A stretch of DNA of 64,000 nt from an uncultured Acidobacteriota bacterium (GTDB lineage: Bacteria; Acidobacteriota; Thermoanaerobaculia; Multivoradales; UBA5704): assembly GCA_963752235.1 (NCBI GenBank), contig CAVVXL010000005.1, positions 905 to 64,904 on the forward strand, given 5' to 3'. The notes under the pieces were generated by a model. The model had not been told where the DNA came from. It saw nothing but the letters and a program-made list of their open reading frames with translations, and made no database searches. Made by a program: the position numbers and the translations under genes. Positions 20,796 through 35,526 of the stretch are shown here, one piece after another (the stretch's first letter is position 1; every line of letters begins with the position of its first letter).

Positions 20796-21260
20796 ATGCG
20801 GTGCCCCTTCTGCTCCGAAAACCGCGACCGGGTGGTCGACTCGCGGGAGAGCCGCGACAGCGCCACCATCCGGCGCCGCCGGGAGTGCCTCTCCTGCGGC
20901 CGGCGCTTCACCTCCTACGAGCAGATCGAAGACATCCCCTACATGGTCGTCAAGCACGACGGCACCCGCGAGGAGTTCAGCCGCAAGAAGCTGCTCGGCG
21001 GCCTGCTCAAGGCCTGTGAGAAGCGGCCGATCCCGCTCAAGAAGCTGGAGGCGATCGCCGACCAGGCCGAATCGATGCTCAACGAGCGCGAGGACCGCGA
21101 GATCTCGACGCAGGAGCTCGGCGCCTTCATCATGGAGCGGCTGCGCGAGCTCGACCAGGTGGCGTACGTCCGCTTCGCCTCGGTCTACCGCCGCTTCGAG
21201 GACATCGACGCTTTCATGGACGTGGTCAAATCGCTGCTCAAGCCCGGCAAGGAGGGGTGA
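20796..21260 (+). CDS. nrdR: Transcriptional repressor NrdR
   Basis: MRCPFC, IRRRREC..C..RFT, ATP cone, VAYVRFASVY. Confidence 0.96.
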   Translation: MRCPFCSENRDRVVDSRESRDSATIRRRRECLSCGRRFTSYEQIEDIPYMVVKHDGTREEFSRKKLLGGLLKACEKRPIPLKKLEAIADQAESMLNEREDREISTQELGAFIMERLRELDQVAYVRFASVYRRFEDIDAFMDVVKSLLKPGKEG

Positions 21261-21267
21261 GACTTAA

Positions 21268-21724
21268 ATGGCCGCCCGCTTCGAGTCCCTGTTCCTCATC
21301 TCCCGCTTTCAGGCCGAGCTCGACCGCCTGTTCCAGGAGGCGATGCAGATCGGCGACAACGACCAGCCGCTCGGCGAGTGGCAGCCGGCGCTCGACGTCG
21401 TCGAGACGCCGGAGGCGGTGCAGATCCTCGCCGAGGTCCCCGGCTTCACCCCCGCCGACCTCAAGGTCGAGGTGCGCGGGACCCGCGTGGTGATCTCCGG
21501 CACCAAGTCGACCGCCCTCCCCGAGGCGCAGCGCATCCGCTTCCACTGCCTGGAGCGCGGGCACGGGCGCTTCACCCGCGAGATCCACGTCCTGTCGCCG
21601 GTCAACACGCACAAGGGGACGGCCGCCCTGCGCGACGGTCTGCTGACGCTCGACTTCCCGAAGATCCAGGACAAGCGTCAGGAGGCCCGGGTGCTGCCAA
21701 TCGAGGAAACCGAGGAGGCCGCGG

Positions 21725-21732
<8 letters not shown>
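21268..21732 (+). CDS. Small heat-shock protein (Hsp20/alpha-crystallin)
   Basis: WQPALDVVE, EVPG, ERGHGRFTR, A.LRDGLL...PK. Confidence 0.92.
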
Positions 21733-24153
<2,421 letters not shown>

Positions 24154-24157
<4 letters not shown>

Positions 24158-25152
24158 AACCTCCGCGCAATCCCGAGCGGGGCGGCGAAGACCACCTGAT
24201 CGATTGGCTGAAACGCCGGATTCGCCGGCAGTCCGGGGCAACTTCGATCGGAGATGACGCAGCGCTCCTGCCGCCGGAGGCCTATGCCGTCACCGTCGAT
24301 CATCAGATCGCCGGCGTTCATTTTCCGCTCGACACAGCGCCCGCCGCCGTGGCTCGACGGTTGCTGGCGGTGAACCTCTCGGACCTCGCGGCGACGGGCG
24401 CCGTCCCCGCCCATGCCTTCCTGGCTCTCGCGGCGCCGGAGGGTTTCGATCATCGAAAATTCTTCACCGCGCTGCTCGCCGCCTGCGCGCGCTTCGGCGT
24501 CCAACTCGCCGGCGGCGACCTGGCGCGCGGCCCGGAGCGGTTGAGCGCCAGCCTGACGCTGCTCGGAACGAAAGCCGGAAAGCGGTGGGTCGAACGCGGC
24601 GGCGCCCGGCCGGGGCATGCGCTGTGGGCCGGCGGCACGCTCGGCGAATCCGCCGCCGGGCGGCTGGTGATCGAACGCGGCCCTGAACAGGGAGCGCCGA
24701 AGGAAGCCTTTTCTTCGCTCGCGATCCAGAGAGCCGCGCGGCGCGCGGTCAGGCGCCATCTCGCGCCGCGCCCTCAGCTCGCGCTCGGTCACTGGCTGGG
24801 AGATCAGGAGGAAGGCGCCGGGATGGATATCTCGGACGGCCTGGCGCGCGATCTCCATCGCCTCTGCCGCGCGAGCGGCACGGGCGCCGAGGTCGACGCC
24901 GCGGCGTTGCCGTTCGCCGCCGGTTTCGCGCCGCTCTGCCGCGCGCTCGGCGCCGATCCGCTGGCACTGGCGTTGAGCGGCGGCGAGGATTACGTCTTGT
25001 TGTTCACCCTGCCGGACGCGGCCGTGCCGCCGGCGGAATTCGGCGCGCGGCGCATCGGACGGATCACGCGGCGCGGCGTGTCGCTGCTGCGCGCGGGGGT
25101 TCGCGAGACGCTGCCGGACGTCGGGTGGGATCATCTGACCGCATTCACCTGA
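24154..25152 (+). CDS. thiL: Thiamine-monophosphate kinase
   Basis: [38 protein letters not shown]. Confidence 0.93.
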
Positions 25153-25176
25153 CCGTATTCACCTCACCGCATTCAC
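25135..25176. repeat. 14-bp tandem repeat x3 spanning the thiL stop codon
   Basis: CTGACCGCATTCAC / CTGACCGTATTCAC / CTCACCGCATTCAC. Confidence 0.85.
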
Positions 25177-25183
25177 TGGGCCA

Positions 25184-25221
25184 AATCAAAAGCCCCGGCG
25201 GTGAGGCCGGGGCTTTTGATT
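25184..25221. terminator. Bidirectional intrinsic terminator between convergent genes
   Basis: AATCAAAAGCCCCGGC-GGTGAG-GCCGGGGCTTTTGATT: perfect 16-bp stem with a T-tract on each strand. Confidence 0.9.
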
Positions 25222-25259
25222 GAAAACGGAAGCTCCGCGCCGAGACGCGGAGCGATCGA

Positions 25260-26156
25260 TCAGCGGAAGAGCTTGGTCAGGTTGTCGACCAGACCCTTGA
25301 GCTTCTTCTCGAGGCCCTGCTGGGCCTTTTCGATCTGCTTGAGGCGCTGGTTGAAAGCGCCGGAGAGCGCCTCACCGGTCGAGGCGACCGACGCCGCAAC
25401 GCGCCCGCGACCGCGGCCCGCCGCCGGCTTCTTCGCCGCGCCGCTCCCCTTCTTGCGGCCGCCCCGGCCGCTCTCCTGACGGAGCTGGCGGAAGACGTCG
25501 ACCGCCTGCGGATAGAAGCGGCGCGCACGCCCCTTCCCCTCGCTCGGCAGGCGATCACCGTGCAGGCGCACGTAGCGGACCAGCGTCGGATAGGAGATCG
25601 AGGTGGTGTCGCTGATCTGGGTCAGCGTCAACAGATTTCCGGATTTCTGACTTCCGGACTTCGCCGCGGGCTTCTGATTGGCACGCCCCGGAGGACGCCC
25701 GCGCCGCGCCGGCACGGCAGGAGCGGCGGCGGCGGTGGCTTGGCGGCCCCGCTTGGCGACGCTCTTGACGGCGGCCTTCGCAGCCTTCTTGGCGGCGCGC
25801 GGCGCCGGCTTGGCGGCAGCGGCCGGACGGCCGCGTTTGGCGGCGGTGGCGGCGGCCGGCGGACGCCCACGGCGCTTGCTCGCCGTCGGACGCTCCGGAC
25901 GCGGAGCATCCGGGTTCTTGCGCGGACGGCCACGCTTGCCGGCGTTCTCGCTGCGGATCTCGTCGAACACGGGCAGCGCGCTCTCGGGGTAACGCTGCTT
26001 GCGCCCCTGCCCTTCCGCCGGGATCCGGTCCTGATAGGTCTTCTTGTATCGCTGGAGGGTCGGCATCGAAATGCCGGTCTTGCTGGAAATCTCGGAGAGA
26101 GTGTAGAGCTTTTGATCCGCGCTATCGCCGCGGCGCTGATTCTCGGGTTCGGCCAT
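25260..26156 (-). CDS. Putative nucleoid-associated DNA-binding protein: 2x MerR-like HTH, AT-hook/histone-H1-like linker, C-terminal coiled coil
   Basis: Internal repeat LYTLSEIS..TGIS.PTL.RY / LLTLTQIS..TSIS.PTL.RY; four RGRP cores; AAKKAAK tract; heptad-pattern C-terminus; GAGGAGG RBS. Confidence 0.85.
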   Translation of the reverse strand: MAEPENQRRGDSADQKLYTLSEISSKTGISMPTLQRYKKTYQDRIPAEGQGRKQRYPESALPVFDEIRSENAGKRGRPRKNPDAPRPERPTASKRRGRPPAAATAAKRGRPAAAAKPAPRAAKKAAKAAVKSVAKRGRQATAAAAPAVPARRGRPPGRANQKPAAKSGSQKSGNLLTLTQISDTTSISYPTLVRYVRLHGDRLPSEGKGRARRFYPQAVDVFRQLRQESGRGGRKKGSGAAKKPAAGRGRGRVAASVASTGEALSGAFNQRLKQIEKAQQGLEKKLKGLVDNLTKLFR

Positions 26157-26195
26157 CTTTTTCTCTTTGCCTCCTCGGGTGATTCAAAAAATATT

Positions 26196-26222
26196 GGTCA
26201 TTCCAGGTCGTTCTAGGTCGTT
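26196..26222. repeat. Three 10-bp-phased direct repeats GGTC(A/G)TT in the leader of the HTH/AT-hook gene
   Basis: Copies at 26196, 26206 and 26216. Confidence 0.7.
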
Positions 26223-26235
26223 GCAGAACGGTACC

Positions 26236-26263
26236 ATTATAAAAAAGAAGGCGGACATGTCAA
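26236..26263 (-). promoter_or_regulatory. Consensus sigma70 promoter for the HTH/AT-hook gene
   Basis: TTGACA-N16-TATAAT on the minus strand in an AT-rich intergenic region. Confidence 0.88.
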
Positions 26264-26461
26264 TAGTTTGGGAGTAAAAACTTCCCAAAGGCACGGATTC
26301 GGGCGTCGCGGCAGTCTCGGATCGGGTAAAAGACACCTTCTTAAGCGCGATTTCGCAGCGATCAAAGTCGCCGGACTGCCCGTGATCCATCGCCGGAAGC
26401 GCCCCGAGCGCAGATCGCTTGAGCGAAAGCTGGCGTCATTCTCAAGGTACTATTGCCCGCC

Positions 26462-26964
26462 ATGAGCCACGATGAGAAGGATGAGAAGAGGGAAAACTAC
26501 CGTTTGGCCCTGCGCGAGCTCGACGCCGTGCTGGCCGGAATCGACGATCCGATCGCTGCGATGTCCACCTGCGCCGCGGTCGTCCACCAACGCCTCGCGG
26601 TCGCGAGCTGGACCGGCTTCTATCGGGTCGTGGCGCCGCGGCTGCTGCGCGTCGGCCCTTATCAGGGGCCGCTCGGATGTCTCGAAATTCCATTCGACCG
26701 CGGCGTGTGCGGGGCCGCCGCGCGAGAGCGCACGGCGCAGGTGGTCCCCGACGTGGATCAGTTTCCGGGCCACATCGCCTGTGACGCCGGAGCCCGCTCC
26801 GAGATCGTGATTCCTATCTACGACGCGGCGGACGAGCTGGTCGCCGTGCTCGACGTCGATTCCCACCGGCCGGCGGCTTTCGATGAAATCGATCGCGAAG
26901 GACTGACCCGCCTCGCCGAACGGTTGCGCGACAGCCTCGGCGGCGACCGCGCGGCCTTCCGGCC

Positions 26965-26968
<4 letters not shown>
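26462..26968 (+). CDS. msrC: GAF-domain free methionine-R-sulfoxide reductase (fRMsr/YebR-like)
   Basis: WTGFY, GPYQG..GC..I...GVCG, HIACD, SEIV.P, LDVDS. Confidence 0.88.
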
Positions 26969-30054
<3,086 letters not shown>

Positions 30055-30095
30055 TGGCGGCGCATTGTAGCGGAAAGGCGCGATCAATTACTGAA

Positions 30096-30209
30096 GTCGC
30101 GGATCACGCCCTCGGTTGCCCCTGCTCGCCTCCTTCGTGTGCGCTCGCTGCGCTCACTGCGCTCACTGCCAGTCGGCTGCGCGGGGCAACCGAGGGCGCG
30201 ATCCGCGAC
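30096..30209. repeat. Long inverted repeat (27-bp arms) enclosing a CTGCGCTC(A/G) repeat loop; MITE/REP-like or structured RNA
   Basis: GTCGCGGATCACGCCCTCGGTTGCCCC (30096-30122) versus 30183-30209, one mismatch. Confidence 0.88.
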
Positions 30210-30212
30210 GAG

Positions 30213-31541
30213 TCAGACGAGCTTCACGAAATCCCGCCAGAAGTCCGGGTACGACTTCGCCACCACCTCCGGGTGATCGATCACCACGCCGGGCCGCCGC
30301 AGCCCCACCAGGGCGAAGCTCATGGCGATGCGGTGGTCGCCGCGGGGATCGACGTGCACTGTACCGGTCGGAGGCTCGGCGCCGGCCCAGACGCCGGGGA
30401 GCCAGAGGCTGTCACGCCCTTCGCGGACGTCGGCGCCGAGCGCCTTGAGCCCGGTCGCCATCGCCTCCAGGCGGTCGCTCTCCTTGATCCGCAGATGGGC
30501 GACGTTGTGGATCAGCGTCTCCCCGGCGGCGAACGGGGCGAGGGCGGCGAGGGTGGGCACCTGGTCGGGCATGTTGGAGAGGTCGGCCTTGATCCCGCGC
30601 AGCTCACCCTGGGCGCCGCCGCGGATGCGCAGGTCCCCGCCCTTCCAGAACACCTCGGCGCCCATCGCGGCGAGGAGGTCCATGAACTCGCGGTCCCCCT
30701 GCTTCGAATCGGGCGACAGCCCGTCGAGGATCACCTCGCCGCCGGTCAGCGCCGCCGCCGCGGCCGGATAGCAGGCCGCCGAGTAGTCCCCCTCGACGCG
30801 GGCGCGCCCGCCGCGCAGCGCCGACGGCCGGATGCGGTAGGCGCGCGGCCCCGCCCGCTCGATGTGGCCGTCGAAGGCGGCGGCGGCGGCCATCGTCACG
30901 TCGACGTAGGGGCGCGAGGTGAGCGTCGGCACCTCCACCACCACCTCGGACGGCGCCCGCAACGCCGCCATCAACAGGGCGGAGAGGTACTGGCTCGACT
31001 CCCCGGCGTCGAGGGTGGTGACGCCGCCCACCAGGCTCCCGCCGTCGATCCGCAACGGGATGTACCCCTCGGCGGCGAGGTACTCGATCCGCGCTCCCAG
31101 CCGGCGCAACGCGTCGACCAGCGGCCCCACCGGCCGCTCGCGCAGACGGGGAACGCCGTCGAGCCGCCAGCGGCCGGGGACCACGGTGAGGGTGGCGACC
31201 AGGAAGCGGAGCATCGTGCCGGCGTTGCCGCAATGAATCTCGACCTCCTCGCCTTCTTCCATCCACCCGGCCGGCCGCTCCGCCGGCGTCAGCCGGACCT
31301 CGTCCTCGCTCTCCTCGACGGCGAAGCCGCAACGGCCGAGGGCGGTGAGGAACAGCCGGGTGTCCTCGGCGTAGAGCGGGCGCTCGATCACCACCGGCGC
31401 GCCCGAGAGGAGCGCCAGGTTGAAGTAGCGATGGGTCAGGCTCTTCGACGAGGGGACCCGCAGGCGCCCTCGCGCGCGCCGGCCGCTCGGCACGGCGAAG
31501 GGCTCAGTCGGTATCAGCGATTTCGAATACGAGTCCGTCAT
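30213..31541 (-). CDS. aroA: 3-phosphoshikimate 1-carboxyvinyltransferase (start uncertain)
   Basis: SKSLTHR, GNAGT..R, RP, SSQYLSALL, RIKESDR, DHRIAM, KSYPDF. Confidence 0.96.
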   Translation of the reverse strand: MTDSYSKSLIPTEPFAVPSGRRARGRLRVPSSKSLTHRYFNLALLSGAPVVIERPLYAEDTRLFLTALGRCGFAVEESEDEVRLTPAERPAGWMEEGEEVEIHCGNAGTMLRFLVATLTVVPGRWRLDGVPRLRERPVGPLVDALRRLGARIEYLAAEGYIPLRIDGGSLVGGVTTLDAGESSQYLSALLMAALRAPSEVVVEVPTLTSRPYVDVTMAAAAAFDGHIERAGPRAYRIRPSALRGGRARVEGDYSAACYPAAAAALTGGEVILDGLSPDSKQGDREFMDLLAAMGAEVFWKGGDLRIRGGAQGELRGIKADLSNMPDQVPTLAALAPFAAGETLIHNVAHLRIKESDRLEAMATGLKALGADVREGRDSLWLPGVWAGAEPPTGTVHVDPRGDHRIAMSFALVGLRRPGVVIDHPEVVAKSYPDFWRDFVKLV

Positions 31542-32271
31542 AACCGAACTCCACCCCCGGGGGGAGAGGATCGTCGTGGTCCACCTCGTGGGCCATGTGG
31601 GTGAGGATGGTGCGGCGCGGTCCGATCCGCTCCGCGATGGCGAGCGACTCCTCGACCGAGAAGTGGGTCGAGTGGGGGCGGTGGCGCAGGGCGTCGAGGA
31701 CCAGGATCTCGACCCCCGCGAGCAGCCGCAGGCTGTCGTCGGGGATGCGGTTGCAGTCGGTAACGTAGGCGAAGGCGCCCAGCCGGTAGCCGAAGACCTC
31801 CATCTCGCCGTGCCAGACCGGAATCGGGACGACCTGGCGCCCCAGCACCGCGAACGGCGCGCGCACCTCGATCAGCTCGAGCTGCGGCTTGCCGCCCCCC
31901 TCCTGCCCCGGCTCGAAGGCGTAGGCGAATACCCTCCGGATGGCGCGCAGGGTCTCCGCCGAGCCGTAGCAGGGGATGGCGGCGTGCTGGCGGAAGTTGA
32001 AGATCCGCACGTCGTCGAGGCCGAAGATGTGGTCGGCGTGGGAGTGGGTGAACAGGATGGCGTCGACGCGCGGCAGGCCGAACTTCAGGGCCTGCGCCCG
32101 CAGGTCGGTCGGCGTGTCGACCAGCACGATCCCCGCGTCCGTCTCGAGCTTCAGCCCCGGCCGCCACCGTTTGTTCTTCGGGTTTGCGGACTGGCAGACC
32201 GCGCAGGGGCAGCCGATCACCGGAATCCCGGTCGACGTCCCGCTGCCGAGCATGGTGATGCGCAGAGACAT
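31504..32271 (-). CDS. MBL-fold metallo-hydrolase (PhnP-like); alternative start 32283
   Basis: LGSGTSTGIP...C.C..C, THSHADHIFG, THF, THMAH, GYDG. Confidence 0.9.
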   Translation of the reverse strand: MSLRITMLGSGTSTGIPVIGCPCAVCQSANPKNKRWRPGLKLETDAGIVLVDTPTDLRAQALKFGLPRVDAILFTHSHADHIFGLDDVRIFNFRQHAAIPCYGSAETLRAIRRVFAYAFEPGQEGGGKPQLELIEVRAPFAVLGRQVVPIPVWHGEMEVFGYRLGAFAYVTDCNRIPDDSLRLLAGVEILVLDALRHRPHSTHFSVEESLAIAERIGPRRTILTHMAHEVDHDDPLPPGVEFGYDGLVFEIADTD

Positions 32272-32296
32272 GGGACCCGCCATATTAACCCAGCCA

Positions 32297-32974
32297 CTAC
32301 CCCAGCCACTCGACCGACCGGCTGCGGAACCAGGCGTCGAGCAGGCGCACCTCGCCGCCGGCGACCTGCCAGACCCGCCCCTCGTGGAAGTGGCCGAGCA
32401 GGAGCACGTCGTGCCCCTCGGCGAGGCGCCGCTCGGCATAGGCGCGGATCGCCGCCTCGGGGAGGAACTCACGGTGCTTGAAGTTGGTCTTCGACAGGCG
32501 GCGTTCGGTCCAGCCCACCAGGCGCTGCGCCAGCGCGGCGGGGATGGCGCGGACGGCGAGGCGGACCGGCGGGCTCTTCGACAGCCAGCGCCAGAAGCGG
32601 TACTTCCAGTCGCGGTCGTTCAACCCGTCGCCGTGGACCGCGAGGTAGCGGACCCCGTCCACCTCGAAAGAGGTCTCGAGGGCGATGCGGTCGAAAGCAT
32701 CGGCGTAGGGGCTGCCGGTGAGGAAGAAATCGCGGTTCCCCTCGACGTACTCGATCTTGACCCCGCGCGCCCGCAGGCCGCGCAGGGCGGCGACCACGGC
32801 GCGGACGTCGGCGGTCTCGAAGCTCCGGAACCCCACCCAGGACTGGAAGAGGTCGCCCATCAGCACCAGGTGTCGGCAACCCTGGCCCGGGAGGGCCGCG
32901 AGCTGCTCGGCCAGCGGGCCGGCGGGGCCGCCGGGGCCCGCGAGGTGGGCGTCGGCGAGGAGGGCGGTCGGCAT
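32297..32974 (-). CDS. lpxH: UDP-2,3-diacylglucosamine hydrolase (LpxH-like)
   Basis: ADAH, GDLF..W.G, GNRDF, HGD, GHFH. Confidence 0.75.
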   Translation of the reverse strand: MPTALLADAHLAGPGGPAGPLAEQLAALPGQGCRHLVLMGDLFQSWVGFRSFETADVRAVVAALRGLRARGVKIEYVEGNRDFFLTGSPYADAFDRIALETSFEVDGVRYLAVHGDGLNDRDWKYRFWRWLSKSPPVRLAVRAIPAALAQRLVGWTERRLSKTNFKHREFLPEAAIRAYAERRLAEGHDVLLLGHFHEGRVWQVAGGEVRLLDAWFRSRSVEWLG

Positions 32975-33005
32975 CGGTAGCTGATTCGGTAGCTGATTCT
33001 AAAGC

Positions 33006-34097
33006 CTAGACGATGGTCAGCCGGGGCTTCGCCGCTTCCTGGCGGTCGACCTCGGCGATCACCTCGCGGGCGACGAGCCGGAACGCCTGGGCATGGGGCC
33101 CGTCGGGATCGGCGACCGCGATCGGCACGCCGGCGTCGCCGCCGAGGACGATCTGGGGATCGAGCGGGATCGCGCCCAGGAACGCGGTGCCGAGGAGGTC
33201 GGCCGTCCTCCGGCCGCCGCCGTGCTTGAAGATGTCGGTCGTCTCGCCGCAGTGCGGGCAGACGAAGGTCGACATGTTCTCGACGATGCCGATCACCGGC
33301 ACGTTGACCTTGCGGAACATGGCGAGCCCCTTCCTGGCGTCGATCAGCGCCACGTCCTGCGGGGTGGTGACGATCACCGCGCCGGCGAGCGAGATGCGCT
33401 GCGTCACGGTCAGCTGGGCGTCGCCGGTCCCCGGCGGCAGGTCGAGGATCAGGTAGTCGAGCGCCCCCCATTCGACGTCGCCCAGCATCTGCTCGATCGC
33501 CCGCATCACCATCGGGCCGCGCCAGATCACCGGCGTGTCGGTCTCCAGGATGAAGCCGAGCGACATCAGCTTCAGGCCGTACTTCTCGAAGGGGAAGATG
33601 CGGTTCTCGACCACCCGCGGCTTCTGGGTGATGCCGAACATCGTCGGCACCGAAGGGCCGTAGATGTCCGCGTCGAGCAGGCCGACCCGGTGGCCGAGCT
33701 GGGCGAGCGAGACCGCGAGGTTGGCCGCCACCGTCGACTTGCCGACTCCCCCCTTGCCGCTGGCGACCGCCACCACATGGCGGACCTCGGGGATCAGCGA
33801 CGCGTCCTTGGAGACCGCCTTCTGGGCCGACTCCTCGCGCGAGGGGGGCTTGGTCACGTTCATGTTGACCTGCACCGCCTCGACACCGGGGAGGGCGCGC
33901 AGCGTCCGCTCCACCTCCTCACGGACCTTCTCGCCCGCCGCCGGGTTGTGGGTCGCCATCCGCAGGTCCACCACCACCGAGCCGGCGGCGGCCGTGACCT
34001 GGTGCACGAAGCCAAACGACACGATGTCCCGGCTCATGCCGGGGAACTTGACCCCCTTGAGGGCGTCCCACATCGCGGATTCGAAATCGGTCGTCAT
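33006..34097 (-). CDS. mrp: Mrp/ApbC/NBP35 Fe-S cluster carrier ATPase
   Basis: SGKGGVGKST, DADIYGPS, WRGPM, DLPPGTGD, ENMS..CPHC. Confidence 0.93.
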   Translation of the reverse strand: MTTDFESAMWDALKGVKFPGMSRDIVSFGFVHQVTAAAGSVVVDLRMATHNPAAGEKVREEVERTLRALPGVEAVQVNMNVTKPPSREESAQKAVSKDASLIPEVRHVVAVASGKGGVGKSTVAANLAVSLAQLGHRVGLLDADIYGPSVPTMFGITQKPRVVENRIFPFEKYGLKLMSLGFILETDTPVIWRGPMVMRAIEQMLGDVEWGALDYLILDLPPGTGDAQLTVTQRISLAGAVIVTTPQDVALIDARKGLAMFRKVNVPVIGIVENMSTFVCPHCGETTDIFKHGGGRRTADLLGTAFLGAIPLDPQIVLGGDAGVPIAVADPDGPHAQAFRLVAREVIAEVDRQEAAKPRLTIV

Positions 34098-34143
34098 CGG
34101 GGGTGATTCCTTCCGTCCATCTTCTGAAGGTACCACAGCGGTC

Positions 34144-34926
34144 TCAACCCGCCTCGCCGTCCTCCCCGACCCGCAATCCGGCGGGCTCGGCGATGCGCCG
34201 GCGCACCTCGCCGATCAGCTCCCGCTTGCGGCGCAGGCCGTAGGCCGCGGGATCGATCGGCGCGCCATAGGTGACGGTGACCGTGCCGGGACGGATCGCG
34301 AAGCTCCCCCGGCGCTGGATGGCGCGCGAGCCGCGGACGCCGACCGGCACGATCGGCAGGCCGCTCTTCAAGGCGAGCAGGAAACCGCCGCGCTCGAAGG
34401 GGAGCAGGGTGTCGTCGAGCGAGCGTGTCCCTTCCGGGAAGAGGAGGACCGAGGTTCCCTCGCGCAGCCGGGCGAAGGCCGAGGAGAAGCTCTGCCGGGC
34501 CGAGCTGCGGTCGGCGCGGTCGACCGGCACGAAGCCGCCGGCCCGCAGCGCCCAGCCGAAGAGGGGGATCAGGAACAGGCTCCGCTTGGCGAGCATGCGG
34601 ACCTCGCCCGGAGCGGTGGCGATCAGCACCGGGATGTCGAACAGGCTCTGGTGATTGGCCAGGAAGACGTAGCTCTTCCCCGGCTCGAGCTGCGGATCGA
34701 GCCGCCGCTCGACCCGCACCCAGCTGGTCGCCAGCACGCCGCGCGACCAGAGCCGCATGACGGCGAACGACCAGGTCCCGCGCGGCGGGATCCAGGCGAC
34801 CAGCAGGGTCGCCAGCGCCAGCACCCCCGAGCCGACGAGCAGGAACAGGTTCCCCGTGAAGCTGGCGACGGCGGTCCGCCAGAGCGGCGGCGAGGAGGAG
34901 AGGGCGGCTGGAGGGAGCTCGGGCAA
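34144..34926 (-). CDS. plsC: 1-acyl-sn-glycerol-3-phosphate acyltransferase (PlsC family)
   Basis: NHQSLFD, FPEGTRS, PIVPV. Confidence 0.88.
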   Translation of the reverse strand: MPELPPAALSSSPPLWRTAVASFTGNLFLLVGSGVLALATLLVAWIPPRGTWSFAVMRLWSRGVLATSWVRVERRLDPQLEPGKSYVFLANHQSLFDIPVLIATAPGEVRMLAKRSLFLIPLFGWALRAGGFVPVDRADRSSARQSFSSAFARLREGTSVLLFPEGTRSLDDTLLPFERGGFLLALKSGLPIVPVGVRGSRAIQRRGSFAIRPGTVTVTYGAPIDPAAYGLRRKRELIGEVRRRIAEPAGLRVGEDGEAG

Positions 34927-35085
34927 GTCGGTCTCCGGTCAGGCTGCATTCTTATACAAGAGGACGGGGTGGCGTCCAGCCGCCCGGTGAGGAGATCTGG
35001 CACGCGTCCTGCTTAGCCGTCAGCAGCCCGTCGCCACTCGCCGCGCGCGCCTCCTTGCTACAATCGCCTACAATCGCCGACCGAG

Positions 35086-35502
35086 ATGCCCCTGACCAGC
35101 CCCTTTGCCCGCCGCTTCCGCCTGCTGGCCCTGCTGCGCGCCAGCTTGGTGGCCGGAGCGGCCTACGACCTCGCCTTCGCCGCGCTGATGGTGGCGGCGC
35201 CGGCCTTTCCGGCGCGGCTGCTCGGTCTGCCGCTGCCGCCGCTCCCCCGGGGCGCCTTCTACCTCTGGATCCTGGCGACGCTGCTCGCGATGCTCGCCCT
35301 GCTCTACCTGGCGGCGGCACACGACCCGCGCCGCTACAGCGCCATCATCGTCGTCGCGATCGGCGGCCGGACGCTCGGCGCCCTCGCCTTCCTGCTCGCC
35401 GCCTTCCTCGGCCCGGATCTGCGCGGCCTGCTGCCGCTGGCGGCGGCCGATCTCGCCTTCGGCGTGGTCCACGCCGCCGCCTGGCTGCCGATCCGTTCCT
35501 GA
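35086..35502 (+). CDS. Small 4-TM membrane protein of unknown function
   Basis: Four hydrophobic segments; GC3-rich codons; heads the mla operon. Confidence 0.7.
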   Translation: MPLTSPFARRFRLLALLRASLVAGAAYDLAFAALMVAAPAFPARLLGLPLPPLPRGAFYLWILATLLAMLALLYLAAAHDPRRYSAIIVVAIGGRTLGALAFLLAAFLGPDLRGLLPLAAADLAFGVVHAAAWLPIRS

Positions 35503-35526
35503 CGCTCCGTCGGTAATGCGCCGCTC

